A stretch of DNA of 64,000 nt from Phyllosticta citribraziliensis (lineage: Eukaryota). Of this stretch, positions 1-11,750 are shown piece by piece. The notes beneath the pieces were generated by a model that had not been told where the DNA came from, did not search any database, and saw only the letters and a program-made list of their open reading frames with translations. The translations under genes were made by a program, and so were the position numbers. Position 1 is the stretch's first letter, and each line of letters begins with the position of its first letter. The stretch lies in assembly GCF_038025025.1 (NCBI RefSeq), contig NW_027117341.1, positions 2,418,001-2,482,000 of the forward strand. The letters run 5' to 3'.

Positions 1-1395
1 CTTGTCAACCTTAAAGCCCTTGGGCGCGTCATCCAGTGGTGTTTTCTACGTCCATAACTAACTGGCGAAAGGAAGCCAGAGGGAGTGAGCGGCAATTTGC
101 GCGAGTGGCGATGATTGGAGGCGATGCCAGTCTGGTGAGCGAGTAGGACGTGGCGGTACATACAGCGGCTGTAGATGGTGTCTGTGTTGTACCGGTAGCA
201 GCCTTGGTTTGGTCATTGGCCTTGCGCAAGAGCGCCTGCGCAACGTCGCTTTGGTCCTCGCAGGGTAGACCGGGCTTGGATTGTCGAGGTTGAATAGCTT
301 GAAGAGCTCTTTACAAGCTGTTTCTTTGGCTTTTTTTGCCCGTTGCGAAGCCGTTGGCGGCAATCCAGCGCTGGATCGCAGCCAAAACGTCTGGGTGTCC
401 CTGCTTTGGGAATGACTTCCCGTTCGTCTTGATATTGATGGGCGTACCGAGGAAGGACTGCGAAACGGGAAAATTGTCCGTGCTTGCTTCTGCTGCCGGT
501 GGTCAGTCTACTTGCCCGTGGCATACACTGTTTCCGTATCTCAGGCGCGGCAGATGCGTTGGCGAAAGGCGGCTCCATTCTGTCTGACAAAGGAAACAAG
601 AGAACTTTCATGAAGACAGTACTGTCTCAGACCTCAAAGCAAGCAAGCAAGCAAGACACCTGCAGTTCCTGCAAGACTGCAGTTGACGCGCGCAGGCGGC
701 CTTTGTCAATGATGGACGAATCCAGTGTGAAGAGGCTACAACAGGATGTCCAAGTAACAAAGGAAAGAAGAGAACCAGCGACACGACCATCTCTTGGACC
801 TACCTCGGAGCAACCGGAAATCAGCAACCAAGTAAGACATGACTGCGAGACTGCAGTCGAAGGTGTGCGTTGCGATGGACGAAGCGACTCGGCGGGTCCG
901 TCTTGCTGGCAGGTGTATTCTTTGCGGGCTCGACGCGGGCAGCGCGTTGCGGCGCAACAACAGCGTCAAGGTCGTGGGCGACACCAAGGACGAGAGGCGA
1001 GACGCGGCCGCGGTGGGTCAGCCCAGCCCAGCCGTGGTGGCATCGGCGCCGGTGCCGGCGGCGAGCTGCTGTGAGACTGTTGTGCTGGCGGCATCTGCAG
1101 TGACGATGACAAGACGGGCGACGGCGCGATGGCTTCGTTGGCCGACCAGTTGACAGAGCCGGGCGCGGGCTCCGACTTTGACCTGGAGTCGTCCTTGCCT
1201 ACCCCTGCACCTCATCCACTCAACTGTCCATAATGCAGGGGGTTGACTATGTTATGATCAGGTAGAGACAAGGGAAAGGGAGAAGAACAACAGGTTGGCA
1301 GTGGAAAAAAGACATACACGACCCTCTTTATCAAAACCCTGCGTGACTAAAAGGAAAGGAAATTGGCGAGATTCCAGTAACAAGAAAACTAGCCG

Positions 1396-2082
1396 CTACT
1401 TCTCCTCTCCCTGCTTGTTGTCGATGCGTCCCCTTTCTTCCACAGCTGTCGCCATCAAATCGGCATAAGTGAACACGGACTGCTCTAGGATCTGCCTCTG
1501 CGCGTCAAGGCAACACTCCGTAATCCACCTAGACTTGGCGGTGGTGGCGGTGTTAGAAGCAAGGGAGGCATCCCACATGTCCTCCAGCTGCTCAATGATG
1601 CGGCCCGATATCTTGACAATGCTCCAAGAAACCCAGTCCTTGTTGGACGTGGTTATGGGCGCGGCGGCGGTGGCGGCAGGGGGAACTCTACCGCTGCCGG
1701 CCATAGGCTTGGTTTTCCAGATGGGGAGAGGAGGAGGAAGTTCAGCACTAGGAGAGGAGTGCTGTTCGACTTGTTGCGCTTCTAATGCTCTTGCTCCTCC
1801 GTCTCCTCCTCCTCCTTATGGAGCCGTAGTGATGGGCTTAACGGGCGGGGCGCACTGTTACACTGCTCCAGCCTTGGGCTTTAGAGAGTTGTCCGTTGGT
1901 GCATACATCGGCGGCCTTTAGGGACACTATCATCTGGTGTTAATCAGGGACCACTAGTTGAGAAAGACCTGGCCTACCATGGATGGGTTAAGTTCGAGCC
2001 GGTGGTGTCAGCAATGACCGTCATAGATCCCGCTGTTCTTGTACGACGTGCCCGCGAGAGTGGTGCCTTGACACTGGGATAT
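1396..2082 (-). pseudogene. CCCH-type zinc finger + 'IIxQLExM' domain gene, copy 1 (RIP-type lesions)
   Basis: Exons 2082-1978, 1933-1907 and 1854-1396 join in frame across introns 1977-1934 (GTAGGC..CAG) and 1906-1855 (GTATGC..CAG). The product reads [I]SQCQGTTLAGTS[Y]KNSGIYDGHC[*]HH...SGRIIEQLEDMWDA...QRQILEQSVF. Both ends align with the intact gene at 14626-15397. Inferred lesions: ATG>ATA (2080-2082), TGC>TAC (2041-2043), CGA>TGA (2008-2010), CAA>TAA (1816-1818). Confidence 0.75.
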
Positions 2083-3236
2083 GATGGCGCCGGTCGTAAA
2101 TTTGATTGGGTTGCGTTGTGCTCTTCTAGTTGACCGACGTGGGAGGGGGAGGCTAGAGTACTCCAACCCGCCTACAAATATGGTGACTTCTTCTTGGTGC
2201 ATCAAAAGTGGACCGCGGGAATGGGAGGGCGGGAGCAAACGCGACGCGAAGCGACCGTAAAGCCCGCGGCGTTCTGAGTCCCGGACAAAGTTGGGAGGAC
2301 AACCTAAGACAACCGCGGGAAATCCAGGAAAGGAATCTCAATGACCACGCCCAAGCTCTTGTTGTTTCGTCCTCGTCCTCTTCCCCGTCCTCGTCCATGA
2401 CGGCCGGACAGGTATGCATGTCTGTCCGCTGTAGATTGCGATCCACGAAGGCCAGCAAGTCGTGCAACTCACTTGTCATTTCTCGGCTTTTGAAAGGCGA
2501 TGCGAAAGCCTCCTTGAAAACTCAAAGGATCCAGCTGCATCATTTGAAAGGAGGAGACGGCATCCTCCTTTGTTCTCTTCATCCGCCGCGCCGCAACACC
2601 GCCTGCTGATCCATCTTCATCCAAGACATGCAATTCGGCGACGGCGTATTGAGTGACGACATGGTGGCAGGAGAGCCTGCTGCCCCTTGATAATGATTGG
2701 TGGCGGTATGCGTTTATTGGGTTGAGCAGGGAGGAGGGTCGCTATACGGACATGGCCACGAGGTTGTGGGCTTTGGCGAGCAACTGCATTTGGTTCGGGT
2801 TGTGGAGACGGAGGCCTGTATGAAGTAAATGTGATGTTTAGCGTCTTTCGTGCGGACAGGCGGGTGGGCGGGGGCGATTGGTACCAGGGGTCGGAGCAAA
2901 GGAGAAGACATGGTTGGATGTCTTGACTGGCAGAGATGTGACTTTGGACTTGTGTGGCTGCGTGGTTGTGGTTGTGGTTGTGTTTCTTGTGTTCCTTGAC
3001 CTGACGTACGGGTTGGTCCAGAGTAAACCCGAGGTAGCGCCGTTCCTTGGCCGTCATGCCTGTCATGAGGTGTCATGTTGTGTTGTGTCGCGTCCCGGTC
3101 GCGCCGCGTCGCGTCGGCGAGTCATGCGGTGTCGCGGACACGACGCGGGCGCGCCAACAGAACCGTACCTTACCGTAGATCCACCAGACCTCATTAAATC
3201 CGCCCCCACCAACCAACCACATCATCCGATCTCAGA

Positions 3237-4230
3237 ATGCCCACGTCTCGTCCCCCCAGCCTATCGCCTCCGCAATCCAAGCGCAACGACCCCAACCCCG
3301 ACCCTGACCGCGAGTGGCCCGCCGTCCGCATCCTCGCCCAACAAGACGACCATTATCAGATTCAGTGGGAGGGCGACTGGCTGCCGACATGGGAGCCCAA
3401 GGTCAATGTCAGTGCCGCGCTGCTTCGAGGGTGGCGTCGTCTTCAAGTTTCTCAACTTCCTAGCCCTGGCAGCTTCTACGAGGCACGACGCATCATCGGC
3501 GAAAGATTGCGTCAGTATCTCATTGACTGGGAAGATGATGAGTTTACGGGCGAGAAATACAAACCGACTTGGGTCCACAAGGCAGACGTGACGCCATCAC
3601 TTGTTTCTGAATGGCAAACCAATCGGTAAGTCAGCAGCCCCTTGAAAGGAAGCCTGGCACAGTCTAACACGCCATGTTCGTTCGTCCTTCTCCAGGTCGA
3701 AGAAGAAGAAGCGCAGAGGGCGAAGCGTGTCCGAGAAGTCTGCCAGTCACCACCCCGACCGAAAGCCGAAAGACGCCACCAGCGCCCAGGACAACCGCGT
3801 GCGCACCGAGTCCCCAAGCGGCCCCGCCGATGGCACAACACAAGCCAATCCTCTCTCTCCCAGAGACGCCGATGGCACAACACAAGCCGATCCTCTCTCT
3901 CCCAGAAACGCCCAAAATTCTTCTGTCCCTCCAACAACTCAGGTCTCTGAGACTTCGCGTTCGGAAACACCCGATTCAGCATGGCAGAAACTCTTACGAC
4001 GTCGCCGCGCAGGGAGCGAGAGAGCAGCGTCACCCAGCCTGACACAGGCGGTGGATGCCACGCCCCACGACCAATTGCACGCTGCCATTGTGGACAGCGC
4101 GCCTGAACGCAATCCAAGGAAGAGGAAGTCAGAGCTGCGTGACGTCTGGGCGGACTTGGTGGATGACACACCGAACTCGACTATCATGGCGTCCAACAGC
4201 GTAAAGAAGGGGGTGTATGGCAAGAAATGA
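3237..4230 (+). CDS. Tandem chromodomain-like protein with disordered basic C-terminus (~307 aa), copy 1
   Basis: Exon 1 (3237-3625) has two chromo-like units: EWPAVRILAQQDDHYQIQWEGDWLPTWEPKVNV and YEARRIIGERLRQYLIDWEDDEFTGEKYKPTWVHKADV. Intron 3626-3695 (GTAAGT..CTAAC..CCAG) joins it in frame to ORF 3727-4230, creating an NLS-like RSKKKKRRGR. Exon 2 contains a 42-bp duplication at ~3826-3910. Confidence 0.85.
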
Positions 4231-5376
4231 GTTATGAATGGGAGGGAGATGTTGCGCTTCAAGACGTGGTGGATGCCAGGATCATGTCACGTCCTCTACT
4301 AGTGGAGTGGACAGCAATGATATCACTAACGCGGACACCCCCCTGTAATACCAACCAACCGGCGCGCGCGCGGACACGCTGACACCTGCCCCTACGTTCT
4401 CTGTATCAACATTCAGCACTAACAGCCCTCGCTCCTCTTGGGTTGTGGCTTTCTCCACTCGCCGCCGTTCTCTTCTCCCCTCCGCCCGCCCACCCGCCCG
4501 CACGCACGCACGCACGCACATGAAACCAAAAACTCCAAACGCCTTGCAAGCCCGACCGATTCGCTTTCCAGCAACTGTCTTTGGTGTCTGTCGCCCCCGA
4601 CATTCGACCCGCCAGTCTCGGTCGTGTCGTGCGATCAAGTCTCATCCTCGGCCCGTCCGATCACTCCAGCTGGTACATCGCGAGGACTTCCCGAAACGAC
4701 CCCCTGAGCCAGGACTGCTCGCATGCGCGCAAGGCCTACCCACCCAAGCTTGTAGATTGGCCACGGGCTTGGAAACGCATCTTCAGATGCATTGACGGCG
4801 GGCGGGCAAACTCAAACCACCCACACACACACACATGTCCTCCCGTTGTTCAACGATGCGGGTGGACATTTTGCAGATGCTGCCCAAGGAGCGGCAGGCG
4901 ACACCATCGGCGGCGTTGCGACCCCAAACGCCTCAAGAGGTGAGCTCTTGACGAGAGACTAAGAGTCGGACGAGGTATCACACAGGTCAGCGCTGCGCCA
5001 GAGAATTGACAAGATTTTGCATTGTCGCCCGTCATGACGTGCATGCCATTGCCCCAGTCCCATTGATGACGTACTCCTTTCGGCCAAGCCACTGTGGTCA
5101 ATTTGGTGCCGTTGCCGATGCCAGTGCCGGTGCTGGTGTTGTTAGGTATGCGCCTGGGGTATTAGGGATGGGTGCTGGCGGCAGAGAACTCTGTCGAGAT
5201 ACGTGGGGCAGGAGGCTGTTGGGGGTGGAACTGGGGTGGCTGCGGCTGGGGATACGGATAGGTATTGAGCGACCATGATGTACCATGTAGCAGCGCCATG
5301 CTGCGTCCACGGCAGCGTGCCCTGATCAACCCACCCACGGTGAGAAAGCCTTCGTTCTGGGCCATAGGAGCGTACG

Positions 5377-5378
<2 letters not shown>

Positions 5379-5422
<44 letters not shown>
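5379..5422. repeat. (GA)n microsatellite
   Basis: About 22 perfect GA units. Confidence 0.95.
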
Positions 5423-5425
<3 letters not shown>

Positions 5426-6199
5426 GGGCGTGGGATGCAGGTCACATCTTGTTACCGACAGTAGGACGACGCGTTGGCCTCTTTATATTCGGCACAAGAG
5501 AAAGAGCACACACACCAAGCCTTGCTGGTGCTGGAGAGAAAAGAAAGGGTTGAGGAATCGGCGCTACCGTAGAGTGAGTTGCTGTAGCTAGCATACTCAA
5601 CACCTCAACCACTAAACTCCCTTCACCGCCCGACTATGATCAGCAATTGCAACCCCCGCCGCCTAAATTCATGCTTCTTCTCTCCTCCCTACTGTATACC
5701 GCCACAAACATGCGCGTGCGCTCCACCTCCCAAAGTAAGGTCATGCCTCGCAAACTGCAAGCCGCAAGCCCACGCCCAAGGCGGCCAATGAGGCATGAGA
5801 GGCCCCCCCGGCGCGCTCGCCACTCCACTCCATTAAGAAAGACATGGCGGAGTGCAATCCTCTTTCAAATGTAGATAGCTCTGCTTGCTTGAGTCGGCAT
5901 GACAGCTGACCTTCTTTCTTCCCGTGGCTCCAACGATGCCGAGTCTTCGCGCAAGTAGGGAGAACATGCAGCGACACGCCGTCCAAGGTGCCTGGCTGAG
6001 AAAAAACGTCGTGATGCGGTGGCCATGTTGATATCGAGTTGGTGCCTCTTGGAGAAAAATGGCAAATGTGCGCCCGTAGTTCTATCCTCTGTAATGACGT
6101 GTGGTACCTTGGATCGATACCGTAGATGCGGCCGACCGACGACATGGCCAGCTTGACGTACGTAGCAGCAACGACGTCTCGTGCCACCACTTTGTTGAT

Positions 6200-8533
6200 T
6201 CAACCCGCGCTCGCCCGGCCAATTTGGTCCATGAGCAGGCCGACGGAACGAATCTTGCCGCGCAGCTCGGCACCCTTCATTCCCAGCCTCAATCGCATGT
6301 CCTGCACGGCCTGGCTGAGCCGTTCAATCCGACAGGCCTGTTTCGCGTGTTTGGCCCTCTCGTCTGTAATGTCCTTAAGCTTCTGCTTCCTCAGCGCAAT
6401 TGACTCGCTAAGCGCCTGCACGGCCCTGATGTCGTTGGCGTCATCTTGCTCGGGCGAAAGGTCGGCCAGCTGCTGTAGAAGATCCTCGCGCATGGCGATG
6501 CGCTCTTTCTCGAGCTTTCCAGCGTCGTCGTAGTCGTCGTCGGGTGACTCGGCGTGCTTTCTGGCCATGGTGTAAATTTGGCTGATAATGGCGCTTGCTT
6601 CAAATGCGGTATTCTCATGCTCTACCACTAACTGGAGGGCCTTTTTCGCCTTTTGATACCAGGAGATCAACTCGGTGGCTAGAATTGCGTCTGAGTCTTG
6701 AACCTGGGGCACCAGTGCGGCGATGTCGATTGATTCTTCTTCTGTCAAAGCAAATTGCAAGATCCGGCGCCAGACCTTTGCGTCAATCTCCTTGGGAAGT
6801 GTTCTCTGGGCCAGGAGGTAGAAGCACTCGGCCAAGATGAAAACACCGCAATCGGTAGAACCCTGTTGCTGGGGACAGTCGGAAGCGGCAAAAGTGTCCT
6901 GGCCACTACTTGTGCCACAAGCTCGAAGGATGGCACGACCAATGTGCGAGTAGGGTGTGTCCTTTGAACGCACAGAATCAAAAAAGTCGACCTGTCCCGT
7001 CTCGACATGTAGGCTAAAGAGAATCCAGTGATTGCGCCGGCAGAGAGGAGCCACAACCATACGGGCCTTCTTGTCGGAGCTAAAAGGTCTCGACTGCACA
7101 CTGCTCCACTTGTCCCAATCATCATCGTCGGGGGGCGATATGGCTAGAAATCTGCACCCCAGGCCTTTGAACATGCCCAAGACTTGCCAGACCTCATTGT
7201 CCGAAAGACGTTTGCCATCCTGGAAACGGGACGCGTCTGGCTGGTACATGGAGTTGGCATCTTTTTCTGGGTCCTTTTCTAGGTTGTGGCGCGAGGAAGA
7301 AGAAATCGGGGTAGACGGATGCGCACGCGTTTGAGACGGGCTGAGCTGAAACGTGGAGTTGATCCGTTCGGGGGGTTGAACGGGCGGACGAGAAGCAGAA
7401 AGCCGAGTGGCGCGGGATTCGAAAAATATGGACGACGTGGAGCGATGACGAGGCAGTCGAGATGGACTAAAGCCAGACTTGCCTTCGTGCGAGAGTGAAA
7501 AGGGAGCAAATGGCTGAGAGCTGTTCGGTCTTGTTGGTCCAGCGCCGAATAGAGTAATGGCAGGGGTCGGCATCTTGCTGGATTGCTTAACAGATTGAAG
7601 TTCCTCGTTGGCAAAGTCAAATTCGTCCTCTGAGATGATGGACTCGCTGTGCGGCTCATGACGGCCCACCTCTGTCGGCATGGCGGCAGTTCCGTCTTCC
7701 CCAAGCAGACCAGAGTTAAAGTCAAAGTCCTGGTCCATGGGGTGCGTCTCTCCTTCGACCGTCGCAGGTTGTACGCCCTGTTCCTTGTCATGTCCAGCCT
7801 GTTCGTCGCCTTCAGTGTGCAGTTTTACAGCGCTCGACTCGGGCTGGAAAGCTGCATCTTGGCTGCCATCTATGGGATTGATTGTTCTGGAAACGGTCGA
7901 CAGAGGCGCGCCCTCAGTCTTGGGGCGTTTGGCTGGCGATGGGGCGTGTGCCAGCGAATTGCTGTCGAGGGGCCTTCTCGCTCGTGGAGAGGGACTGGCC
8001 TGCTCACGCGTCTTCGGCGCCATCTTTCCGACTTTCAGAATGGTTCTCGCCTCTTGAATGTCGTATGGTGTTAGGGATGTGTCAAAGCACACTCCCTTCT
8101 TGGCCAGGGTTCCTGATTGACGTTTACCACGGGACTTGTTAATAGCATCCACCCAGGTTGCAAAAGGCAGAGGGTGGTGAGCAATAGCAGCAAGCTCAAT
8201 GACCGTGCGCCGTGAAAAGACAAACTCAAGACTCCACTCTTGGGCTAACTGCGAAAGTGAAACACCCCACGGTGACTTCTCAATGAGTGTAATCCGGGAT
8301 GCGTTCTCACCAAAGCAAGCCTCAGCAGTGGCAACCAGCTTGCGGTGGCCGTCACTAAGCTTGAGCCATAAGGTCTTCTTCATCAACCCATAACGCTGGC
8401 AGATGGCGGAAAATGCATGAAGAGTGTTGATCGATGGTACAGTGGTGGTTTGCTCGAACTCGCGAAGGTCTTGCTCAAGGCTGTTGGGAGCACTGGTGCT
8501 ATCGATTATAGCAAGTTGCTGCGTCTTGACCAT
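6200..8533 (-). CDS. Ulp1/peptidase C48-like cysteine protease with N-terminal unnamed domain and C-terminal coiled coil (~777 aa), copy 1
   Basis: Uninterrupted ORF; first ATG at 8533 (MVKTQQL). C48 motifs in order: RLSDNEVWQVL, VVAPLCRRNHWIL (His), VDFFDS (Asp), CPQQQGSTDCGVF (oxyanion Gln + Cys). An E/K/Q/R/A-rich heptad tail follows. Confidence 0.9.
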   Translation of the reverse strand: MVKTQQLAIIDSTSAPNSLEQDLREFEQTTTVPSINTLHAFSAICQRYGLMKKTLWLKLSDGHRKLVATAEACFGENASRITLIEKSPWGVSLSQLAQEWSLEFVFSRRTVIELAAIAHHPLPFATWVDAINKSRGKRQSGTLAKKGVCFDTSLTPYDIQEARTILKVGKMAPKTREQASPSPRARRPLDSNSLAHAPSPAKRPKTEGAPLSTVSRTINPIDGSQDAAFQPESSAVKLHTEGDEQAGHDKEQGVQPATVEGETHPMDQDFDFNSGLLGEDGTAAMPTEVGRHEPHSESIISEDEFDFANEELQSVKQSSKMPTPAITLFGAGPTRPNSSQPFAPFSLSHEGKSGFSPSRLPRHRSTSSIFFESRATRLSASRPPVQPPERINSTFQLSPSQTRAHPSTPISSSSRHNLEKDPEKDANSMYQPDASRFQDGKRLSDNEVWQVLGMFKGLGCRFLAISPPDDDDWDKWSSVQSRPFSSDKKARMVVAPLCRRNHWILFSLHVETGQVDFFDSVRSKDTPYSHIGRAILRACGTSSGQDTFAASDCPQQQGSTDCGVFILAECFYLLAQRTLPKEIDAKVWRRILQFALTEEESIDIAALVPQVQDSDAILATELISWYQKAKKALQLVVEHENTAFEASAIISQIYTMARKHAESPDDDYDDAGKLEKERIAMREDLLQQLADLSPEQDDANDIRAVQALSESIALRKQKLKDITDERAKHAKQACRIERLSQAVQDMRLRLGMKGAELRGKIRSVGLLMDQIGRASAG

Positions 8534-10485
8534 TGAATAGAGAGCAGACGCAGAGAGAAAACAAAACGGCGGGAGGCGAGTGGTGGTGTTTGTGACTGGT
8601 TGGTTGTCCGACAAGTGGCACGATTCAAAGCAAAGAGTGAGATGGATTATAGAAGTCGGCAGTGGCGGACTGGTAGTTGTGAGGGCGCGAAGCCGCTAAT
8701 CCTAGTTTGTGCACACAATTCTGACACAAGTTCCACGAACGGAACTTGTGTCGAGTCACGACACAAATACATCTACCTGCCTCCCCACAAGAACATTATG
8801 CACCACATCATGACATCCAAATTCTTTCCTACCAGTCGCAAAATCACTTGTGTCGTCCTTGGGTCGCCCGGCTACTACGCAGTCGTGTGGTTATTTGGCC
8901 TGGTTGCGCTGCCAGGTGCTTCTTCGGGCACGCAACGCGCGACCGTGAAACGCGCGACCGTAGGCTGCGCGATGCGACCGTGAAGCAGAACGACATCCCA
9001 AAGTACGCCCTCACAACCAACTCATCTTGGCAGCCTTTGCAGATGTTCCACTGCTCTCGCTCGCATTTCCACCCCATGCCACCAAATCCACCACCGCACC
9101 CAAGCCGGGACCAGCACGCCCGCCATCAATCCGTTGCGCCCCGGCCAACGCTCCTCACCCACGCTACCGCATCACGCTTCCAGTATACATACCACCATCA
9201 TGATTGACAAGGGACAAGGGAACAGATGGTGGGGTCCATCCACAGCTGCTCAGCGATCAAACTGCCAGGAAGCGTTAGTGTCTCGGAACGCGCCGATGGC
9301 TGGCAGAGGGCCTGGCCTAGCGCAATGACAATGACCTGGTGCCTGACCTGACGGCTGCTTGGCGGCACATCCGGAATATTCGGCGACACGCTTTCGAGGA
9401 AAGGAAACGAAGGGGCAGGGAATACACAAGGGTGAAAGATAGATGCTGCAGTATCCCGCGTTTTATTTCCTTCGCGCCAATGAGGGCAGGGCCACGGGAG
9501 GCGGGTATATTATCCTAGGTAGTCCACCAACCAGACCAGAGTGGAGCACCAGCGTCGTCGCCAAAGGCGCCGACACACCCAAAGTCCCCCTTGCACCCAT
9601 GTCCGTTGCAAACGTGCGGCGGGCGACCTGGTGCAGCTGTACGCGCGGCTCCACGGCGACGGCGAGCGGGCCGAAACGGCCGACCGTCGAGGTTGGTCGT
9701 GCTTCGGGAGAGGTGCGTTGAGCTGTGCGCCGCCAAGCTCGCTGCGTACCATCGGTTCCACCTGGCCAAGTTGGTTTGCATGGGATTGGTTGGTCTGAAG
9801 AGCACGTCGTGGGCGTGGTCCTCGCGGGGCTTGGAGGCGGGCGGGCGCTGTCTTCCATCACGGGCTTACGCTTCCGCCAGTAGCAGACCGCGGGCAGGCA
9901 AATGGCGAGCAAGTGGTTGTTGTCGAGGAAGAAGTCGAGGGAGTGGCCAGACATTTTGCCGCTGTTGACCGGGCCTTTTGTTCCCCCCGGCAAACTTTCC
10001 CTCATCAGGGAGGGTCGTACGGCATCGCATTCAGCACCCCTGCATGTTTTTCGCGACATTGACGAAGGGAGACAGAGCTAAGCCCCTTACACAGGCTCCC
10101 AGCTTCATACGTACATACATACATACATACCTCGGGCCGACAGCGCCATCGCGTCCCATGAAAGACGGCCAACAGCGACTCCTCAAAATCCGCGCCCCCT
10201 GCTGCACACCCTCTTCAAGTCAAAAGACTACATACGAGCGCGAGGAGGCAGCCCAAAAGACGCGCGTACCCAGGCATGGTCACCACAAACACAGAGAAGG
10301 AGTACAGCCAGCAACCTTGTGCCCTTTTTCTGTGTAGGTACCTAGGTATACATGGGCAGCCTGGTCCTGGTCCATGTCCAACACGACGGAACAAACGAAA
10401 GCCTTTCCTTTCCGTACACCCTGCAAGTCAACAATGTGTGTGTACCCAGCGCAAGCCGGCGAACTATGACTAGGAGTAGCGATAT

Positions 10486-11037
10486 TCATACCACAGGTCG
10501 CGGACCTCGCGGCGCTGCCGAAATCTGAAGGCGATGGAGCCCAAGACGAGGAGGGATGCCGATGATGACGACGCAACCGCAGCAGAGCAGGTCGGAGTCG
10601 TTGTTGTCGGCAACGGCACGGGTTCCCTCCGGCGTGTGGTTGTTGTTCTGTCGGTGTTGCTGCTGCAGGCGGCGCACGCTGCCCAGCTCGTCGGCGAGTT
10701 GCTGCAGCTGGCGCCGCGGCTGGGTGGCGCGGTGGGCAAAGGCGTAGAGATTGCGGCCCAAGGCGACGTCCCCGTTTCTGGTCGGCCGCTGGTCGGCCGC
10801 TGGTGGGCCCTGGACCCTCCAGCAGTGCCAGCAGGCTGGCGATGGCGCGCACCGACTCGTGGCTGCGACGCAGCGTCAGCGGCTTGTCCTGCCGCGAGTT
10901 GTAGAAGGCCACCATGTCGCAGGGTTCGGCCAGCAGACTGGCACGGAGGCCTTCTGGCGGACATGAGGTTAGCCTGAGGTGAGTGGAGCAGGAGAGTTGC
11001 AGTGGGTCATACCAGAGGTGGAAGACGGAGACGACAT
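10486..11037 (-). pseudogene. Frameshifted orphan gene
   Basis: An intron (GTATGA..GCTAAC..CCAG, ~11012-10954) joins MSSPSSTS to EGLRASLLAEPCDMVAFYNSRQ. An 11-bp duplication (accagcggccg) at ~10780-10805 breaks the frame before LGRNLYAFAHRATQPRRQLQQLADEL. Confidence 0.4.
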
Positions 11038-11408
11038 CCTTGGAGCGCCGGCGGTTTGCGGAGATGGGCGATGATGGACTGAAGATGGAGTAGGGGAGGG
11101 AGAAAGAGTTCTTCCTGCAAACAGCATGGACCGACTGCGACATCGACGGGCAGCTGCAAGGTAGGTATGCATCTCTCGTCTCAACTCCCACAAATCCCAG
11201 TAACTGGGTGGTAGCTGGTGCTCTTTCAAACCACGAGATGTCTCGTGACGCCTTTCGTCGTCGGCCCGCATAGTCTTGGACCAGACACGTCCTCTCATCC
11301 ACATCATGCACCATATCAGCATCATCATCATCATCCTTCCAGCACTAGCGAAGCGCGAAGCCGACGTGGTCCGCGGCCATGTAGCTCATCTTGTCGCATA
11401 GCCAGCCA

Positions 11409-11750
11409 TCAAGCCAGGCGCGGTATTTGGCCGTCCTCGTGGGGTTGGGGTTGAACAGCTCCAGCAGCAGATTCTAGTGCGCTTCGGGGTCCGCAGTCCG
11501 CAAAGAGGCGTGTAACTCCTTCAGCCTTCAGTTTCCGCAGTGTTGACAATAATGTGTTGTTGCTCGGGCTACATAGTGATGCATAGAGGCCTTTGCTTTG
11601 GCACCTCGCACACGGGTCTGGCCAATTGCCGTTGTTGATGCAGCCGTAATGCTGTAAGCTGTACTCGTCGCACTGCGCACACGGTGGGTCAGCGGTGCCT
11701 GCAGTACGGTCAAGCTTCCGTACATAAAGGCAACTGAAGGCGGCGCGCAA
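11409..11750 (-). CDS. Six-cysteine Zn(II)2Cys6-like protein with non-canonical spacing (5' end uncertain)
   Basis: CAQC-x9-C-x9-CARC-x9-C (PCAQCDEYSLQHYGCINNGNWPDPCARCQSKGLYASLC). The PCxRC second half is typical of fungal binuclear clusters. Confidence 0.5.
   Translation of the reverse strand: MRAAFSCLYVRKLDRTAGTADPPCAQCDEYSLQHYGCINNGNWPDPCARCQSKGLYASLCSPSNNTLLSTLRKLKAEGVTRLFADCGPRSALESAAGAVQPQPHEDGQIPRLA

Noticed and set aside
230..485. dsRNA-binding-motif-like tail GFATGKKAKETACKELFKLF on the minus strand
   Set aside because: It requires a frameshift in an A7 run, and the rest of a dsRBD is not recognisable.
3237..4230. Chromodomains as remnants of chromoviral (Ty3/Gypsy) integrases
   Set aside because: The domains are tandem and N-terminal, the intron is conserved, and there is no adjacent integrase, RT or LTR.
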